IMG/VR virus record: IMGVR_UViG_3300012204_000008
Coordinates: 1 to 64,000 of that record
Reading direction: 5' to 3' (one strand)
Length of the DNA stretch: 64,000 bases
From: a virus
The first letter of the stretch is position 1. Each line of letters opens with the position of its first letter. A program made the translations under genes and the position numbers. The notes below the pieces were generated by a model. That model ran no database searches. It saw nothing but the letters and a program-made list of their open reading frames with translations, and was not told the DNA's origin. Below, in pieces: positions 57,719 to 64,000 of the stretch.

Positions 57719-58594
57719 ATGGCCGGTGCGCGGCAGATAGTGGATGGCCCGACCTTCACCCCCTCCAGACTTGGACTACTTGATGTAGTACAGTTTCCAA
57801 CTCCCGCCGGACCGCATTGGCAAAATGGAATTACGTGGGCTTCCACTTGTGTAACTGGCGGTACAACTTACGACGAGTGCATCACCGTTACTGGAACTGG
57901 CAGCCCACCCGCTCCCGCCGCATTTGCGGATAACGTAGATTGGAACAATAGAGGAGCTACCCCGTTCACTATTTACACAGAATTTGACTGCTCCCCGGTT
58001 GGTTTCTTTGAAGATGCACAAAAACTAGCCGAGGAGATGCTAGCTAAGAGCGAAAGCTGGCAAGTAGAGCAAGCGGTATGGACAGGGACGGCAGGGGGTA
58101 CGGCAAACGCCGTCTGGCCGCATCTTGCAGCTTTCACGGCAGCAGTAGATTCTCAGAGCATAACACTACAATCTCCTGCCGTAACAGGTGGGCTCCTCAA
58201 GCCATCTAGGGCACTTGGGGCAGTGGAAGCCATACTAGCTGATTGTTACCACGGACAAGGCGTTATCCACATACCACTGGACATTCTGAATACTTTTATT
58301 CAGAACGGAATGATGTTCCGACAGTCCGATGGATCTTATTTAACTCCCTCGGGAAATCTCGTAGTGGCTGGCTCTGGTTATCCAGGAACTAGTCCTCAGG
58401 GTGCCGCGCCTGCCGCCAATACGATGTGGATTTATGCTACTGGCGCTATTTTTGCTTATCGTAGTGCCGTTAGAATTCATTCTCCACGCGAGTCACTTGA
58501 CCGTGCAGAGAATACAGTAAAAATGATCGCTCAGCGTACATACGTCCTTGGTTGGGACTGCTGTCACGCTGGTGTTTTGGTAGACCTGGCTTAG
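57719..58594 (+). CDS. Capsid-associated structural protein
   Basis: Follows MCP; HWQNG, PF..Y, VE...W, G.IH and T..GN.VV.G.GY pattern. Confidence 0.65.
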   Translation: MAGARQIVDGPTFTPSRLGLLDVVQFPTPAGPHWQNGITWASTCVTGGTTYDECITVTGTGSPPAPAAFADNVDWNNRGATPFTIYTEFDCSPVGFFEDAQKLAEEMLAKSESWQVEQAVWTGTAGGTANAVWPHLAAFTAAVDSQSITLQSPAVTGGLLKPSRALGAVEAILADCYHGQGVIHIPLDILNTFIQNGMMFRQSDGSYLTPSGNLVVAGSGYPGTSPQGAAPAANTMWIYATGAIFAYRSAVRIHSPRESLDRAENTVKMIAQRTYVLGWDCCHAGVLVDLA

Positions 58595-58612
58595 TAACGG
58601 AAAGGTAGAGCT

Positions 58613-59290
58613 ATGGCATCGATATGTGGAGCACCGATCAAAGGCTCGATGCTTCGTGTCACTAAGCTGGACGTTTGTGGAGTGCCAGTTACGGGAGCCT
58701 CTGGTCTCGTCTATACCACTAAGGGTTTTGTCCAGGTGCAGATGGCACCGCAGTATGAGGACGGCGAAGAGTTCTTCGAGCGTACTGCCGACGGTACCCT
58801 CTGCGTGAACCAGAAAGACGACCCGATTCTTAAGCGTTTCCAGCTTACGATCGACATGTGTGAAATTGACCCCGATGGTATTTCATACGTGCTGTCGGCT
58901 CGAGAACTTGCCACTACTGGTCCTGTCAGCGGTTATGGTTTCGCCATGAGCGAAGGAAAACCAACAAACCGCTTTGGATTGGAAGTATGGCAGGAAGTGG
59001 CTGGCTCCGGTGCCTGCGACGCTTCTGGTGTTCAGCGTTACATCTATAACGTCTGGCCGAATGTTGGCGCATCTCGTATTGGTAACTACACGATTGAGAA
59101 CGGTAGATCAACACTTCAGTTCATAGCCGAGACTAAGGCAGCTAGCTCCTTGTGGGGTAATGGCCCAGGAGCGGCTAGCTGGCTACCGGCTACAGGTACG
59201 ACGACTCTCTTGTCCACTGAACACTGGGCTTGGAATATCACGACTGTCGCGCCGCCGACTGCCCAGTGTGGCGCTGGAATAGTTGCGTAA
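58613..59290 (+). CDS. Major tail protein
   Basis: RVT.LD.CG, GFV.V, G.E...ADG..C, .DP and LEVW motifs. Confidence 0.75.
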   Translation: MASICGAPIKGSMLRVTKLDVCGVPVTGASGLVYTTKGFVQVQMAPQYEDGEEFFERTADGTLCVNQKDDPILKRFQLTIDMCEIDPDGISYVLSARELATTGPVSGYGFAMSEGKPTNRFGLEVWQEVAGSGACDASGVQRYIYNVWPNVGASRIGNYTIENGRSTLQFIAETKAASSLWGNGPGAASWLPATGTTTLLSTEHWAWNITTVAPPTAQCGAGIVA

Positions 59291-59309
59291 GGAATGGAGT
59301 TATGGGTAA

Positions 59310-59627
59310 ATGATCCCCATATTGCAAGCCACTAAACATTGGTGGTGTCCAAACTGTAACTTGACCGATGTGACGCATGAAGTTCGACCGCATACTCGTA
59401 TGCACTCTTGCAATGGACTTTATGGATTAACATCGCCAATGGTTCCAGTTGGACAAAAAGCTAAATCCATAATGCATGAGCCGGATGATTACGTGAAACA
59501 TGAAAACGTAACTTACGCAGAAGTGGACAATAAGTCACGTCCTGTTATGAATATCGTCACGACTCGTGACAACGGCGAAGATTGCACGGTGTTTGCACCA
59601 TGCGCAACGATCAGGTCGGAGGGCTGA
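59310..59627 (+). CDS. Hypothetical protein
   Basis: WWCPNC...H.C...G.DC.VFAP. Confidence 0.6.
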   Translation: MIPILQATKHWWCPNCNLTDVTHEVRPHTRMHSCNGLYGLTSPMVPVGQKAKSIMHEPDDYVKHENVTYAEVDNKSRPVMNIVTTRDNGEDCTVFAPCATIRSEG

Positions 59628-60115
59628 TGCCAGGCCAAGATGAAATTAATCAGCTTGTCGCAGAGGTACGCTCTGATCTGCGCACAAGAGCCACTAAGAC
59701 AGCACAGAACGCTGCCTTAGTTTCATTTTTTGAGGAACACAGTAGACCACCTACTATTGAAGAGCTCTCTACTGAGATTTCAATTGTAGAACCAACCGAT
59801 ACGCAAGTAGTATCATTTTTAGATGCTGCCGCTGCACATAGCGTTGGTAGACTTAGAGCTGCTGAGCAACACGTCGTCAATGCAGAACGCAAAGTTGCCA
59901 AAGCCGAAACGCATCTTGTGGCAGCACAGACTGCACTGTCAGAAGCACAAGAAGAGCTTGAGCGCATCCGTGTTGAGTCGGAAACGTGGGAAGCGGCAGC
60001 GGTACAGGCAGCTAGTTCATTTACTAATTCTTCTTCTACAGAGCTTAACGGTAATTTGTCTTCGGGTGGTGGAGTAGCACTTAGCGCGACAGTGCGCACA
60101 GAGGACGGTGTCTGA
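59627..60115 (+). CDS. Coiled-coil hypothetical protein
   Basis: TGATG overlap and GGAGG RBS. Confidence 0.55.
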   Translation: MPGQDEINQLVAEVRSDLRTRATKTAQNAALVSFFEEHSRPPTIEELSTEISIVEPTDTQVVSFLDAAAAHSVGRLRAAEQHVVNAERKVAKAETHLVAAQTALSEAQEELERIRVESETWEAAAVQAASSFTNSSSTELNGNLSSGGGVALSATVRTEDGV

Positions 60116-60594
60116 TGGCATGGGCGGGCAGTTCTATCTTCCGCGCACTGATTTCGGACGTGCTAGAAAACGCGTCAGCATTGGATTTTGGCGCCGACAC
60201 GTTCACATGTGCGCTATATAACAATACACCGACGCCCGACAATGACGTAACCTCTGCAAACACTGCCTATAACGTTGGACAGTGGGCGACAGCACAAGAG
60301 GTTTATCAGGCTGGTCAATGGGCACAAGCTGGAGTGAACATCGCAACAACTGCGATCACAAATCCAGCGGCTGACATCACCATGTTTGATGGTGCCGATA
60401 CCGCGTCTGGTGCAGCAGCGACACTAGCGAGCGTATATGGATGTTTGGTATATGACAACACCATCGCCACCCCTGTTGCAGATCAAGGTGCATCGTTCCA
60501 TTACTTCGGCGGTACTCAGTCAGTAACAAACGGTACATTCACCGTTGTGTGGCACGCAAATGGAATTAACCGCTGGACAACGGCACAGGCATAA
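60115..60594 (+). CDS. Virion structural protein (tail-associated)
   Basis: DTF..AL, EV.., ..VYD and ..NGTFTV.W..GI pattern; A/T/G-rich. Confidence 0.65.
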   Translation: MAWAGSSIFRALISDVLENASALDFGADTFTCALYNNTPTPDNDVTSANTAYNVGQWATAQEVYQAGQWAQAGVNIATTAITNPAADITMFDGADTASGAAATLASVYGCLVYDNTIATPVADQGASFHYFGGTQSVTNGTFTVVWHANGINRWTTAQA

Positions 60595-60608
60595 TCAATA
60601 GGAGTTTC

Positions 60609-63275
<2,667 letters not shown>

Positions 63276-63292
63276 TGCAACGGTGGTAGCCA

Positions 63293-64000
63293 ATGGCGAT
63301 CACCGCTGTCAATAAACTCTCCGAGCACTCGGCCACGTCTGGAACGTCTTTCACGACCTCTGGCTCGGTGACACCCGCGGCCAACAAACTCTACCTCATC
63401 ACCGCGAACGCGCGGGTCAGCACCGGTTCGGTAAATCCACCCGAGCCGACCATTACGGCGTTCGGCTTGACGTGGGTTCTCGTCAATAAGACGGACTACG
63501 ACGCGTCTGGCGCCGACCGCCAGTCTGCACACGTGTTTCGTTCCATGGGTGGGTCGCCTAGCTCGGGAACAATTCAAGCCAACTACGGTTCGTTTACTTG
63601 CAACGTCTTCGAGATCGTATGCGACGAAGTCAGCGGTGTAGATACGTCAGGTACGAACGGTTCAGGCGCGATCGTCCAGTCGAACTTTGTAGTGACGGCT
63701 TCCGGCGTGTTCAGTGCAGATGTGACGCTGAACGCCTTCGCCGACGCGACGAACAACGCGGCGTACGGAATGATCACCCACGCCTCCACCAACTCGGAAG
63801 CACATACCGTTGATGCGAGCGGCGGCTACTCCGCGCTCGCAAACACAGCCGTGACCCTTACCGCGACGCTAACGGAGTACAAGGTCGGCCAGGACCTGAC
63901 GGTGTCCGGATCGTGGGTTACCGGGTCACGTGGTGGCGGCGTAGCAATTGAGCTGAAGGCAGCTTCTACCGGTACATCAGCACCGGCTGGTGCTACCGCT
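63293..64000 (+). CDS. Putative virion (tail fibre/spike-associated) protein, runs off the window
   Basis: Open frame from ATG 63293 to the end of the window (MAITAVNKL...AIELKAAST...); S/T/G-rich. Confidence 0.65.
   Translation, partial: MAITAVNKLSEHSATSGTSFTTSGSVTPAANKLYLITANARVSTGSVNPPEPTITAFGLTWVLVNKTDYDASGADRQSAHVFRSMGGSPSSGTIQANYGSFTCNVFEIVCDEVSGVDTSGTNGSGAIVQSNFVVTASGVFSADVTLNAFADATNNAAYGMITHASTNSEAHTVDASGGYSALANTAVTLTATLTEYKVGQDLTVSGSWVTGSRGGGVAIELKAASTGTSAPAGATA

Overview
This window is the left ~64 kb of a tailed dsDNA phage (or prophage-like element). Its gene families point to an actinobacterial host, although the DNA is fairly AT-rich by eye. Essentially every credible gene is on the + strand. 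The order is: (1) a poly(A)/(GA6)n low-complexity start and ~20 kb of small early genes, including a frameshift-split protein kinase, tRNA-Arg(UCU), an atypical tRNA-Ile(UAU), several structured non-coding segments, an SNF2 helicase and MazG; (2) a Gram-positive/actinobacterial type IV secretion (mating-pair formation) module: TcpD/VirB2-like, VirB3-VirB4-like ATPase with a class 3 intein, VirB6-like, VirB8-like and a membrane-anchored lysozyme-like/M23 hydrolase, with no relaxase or coupling protein visible; (3) recombination and replication genes: PD-(D/E)XK nuclease with intein, AAA ATPase, SSB-like, primase-helicase and DnaE; (4) a probable nucleotide/DNA-modification cluster: two HAD phosphatases, a flavoprotein, DUF1599-like, UDG, VOC-like, SDR and a variant ThyX with intein; (5) packaging and virion genes: terminase, portal, 2H-phosphoesterase/prohead protease fusion, capsid and major tail, plus a GC-rich secreted metallophosphoesterase. 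The most striking observation is the conjugation-type secretion channel embedded in an otherwise typical phage genome. All family assignments come from motifs recognised by eye; no searches were run.
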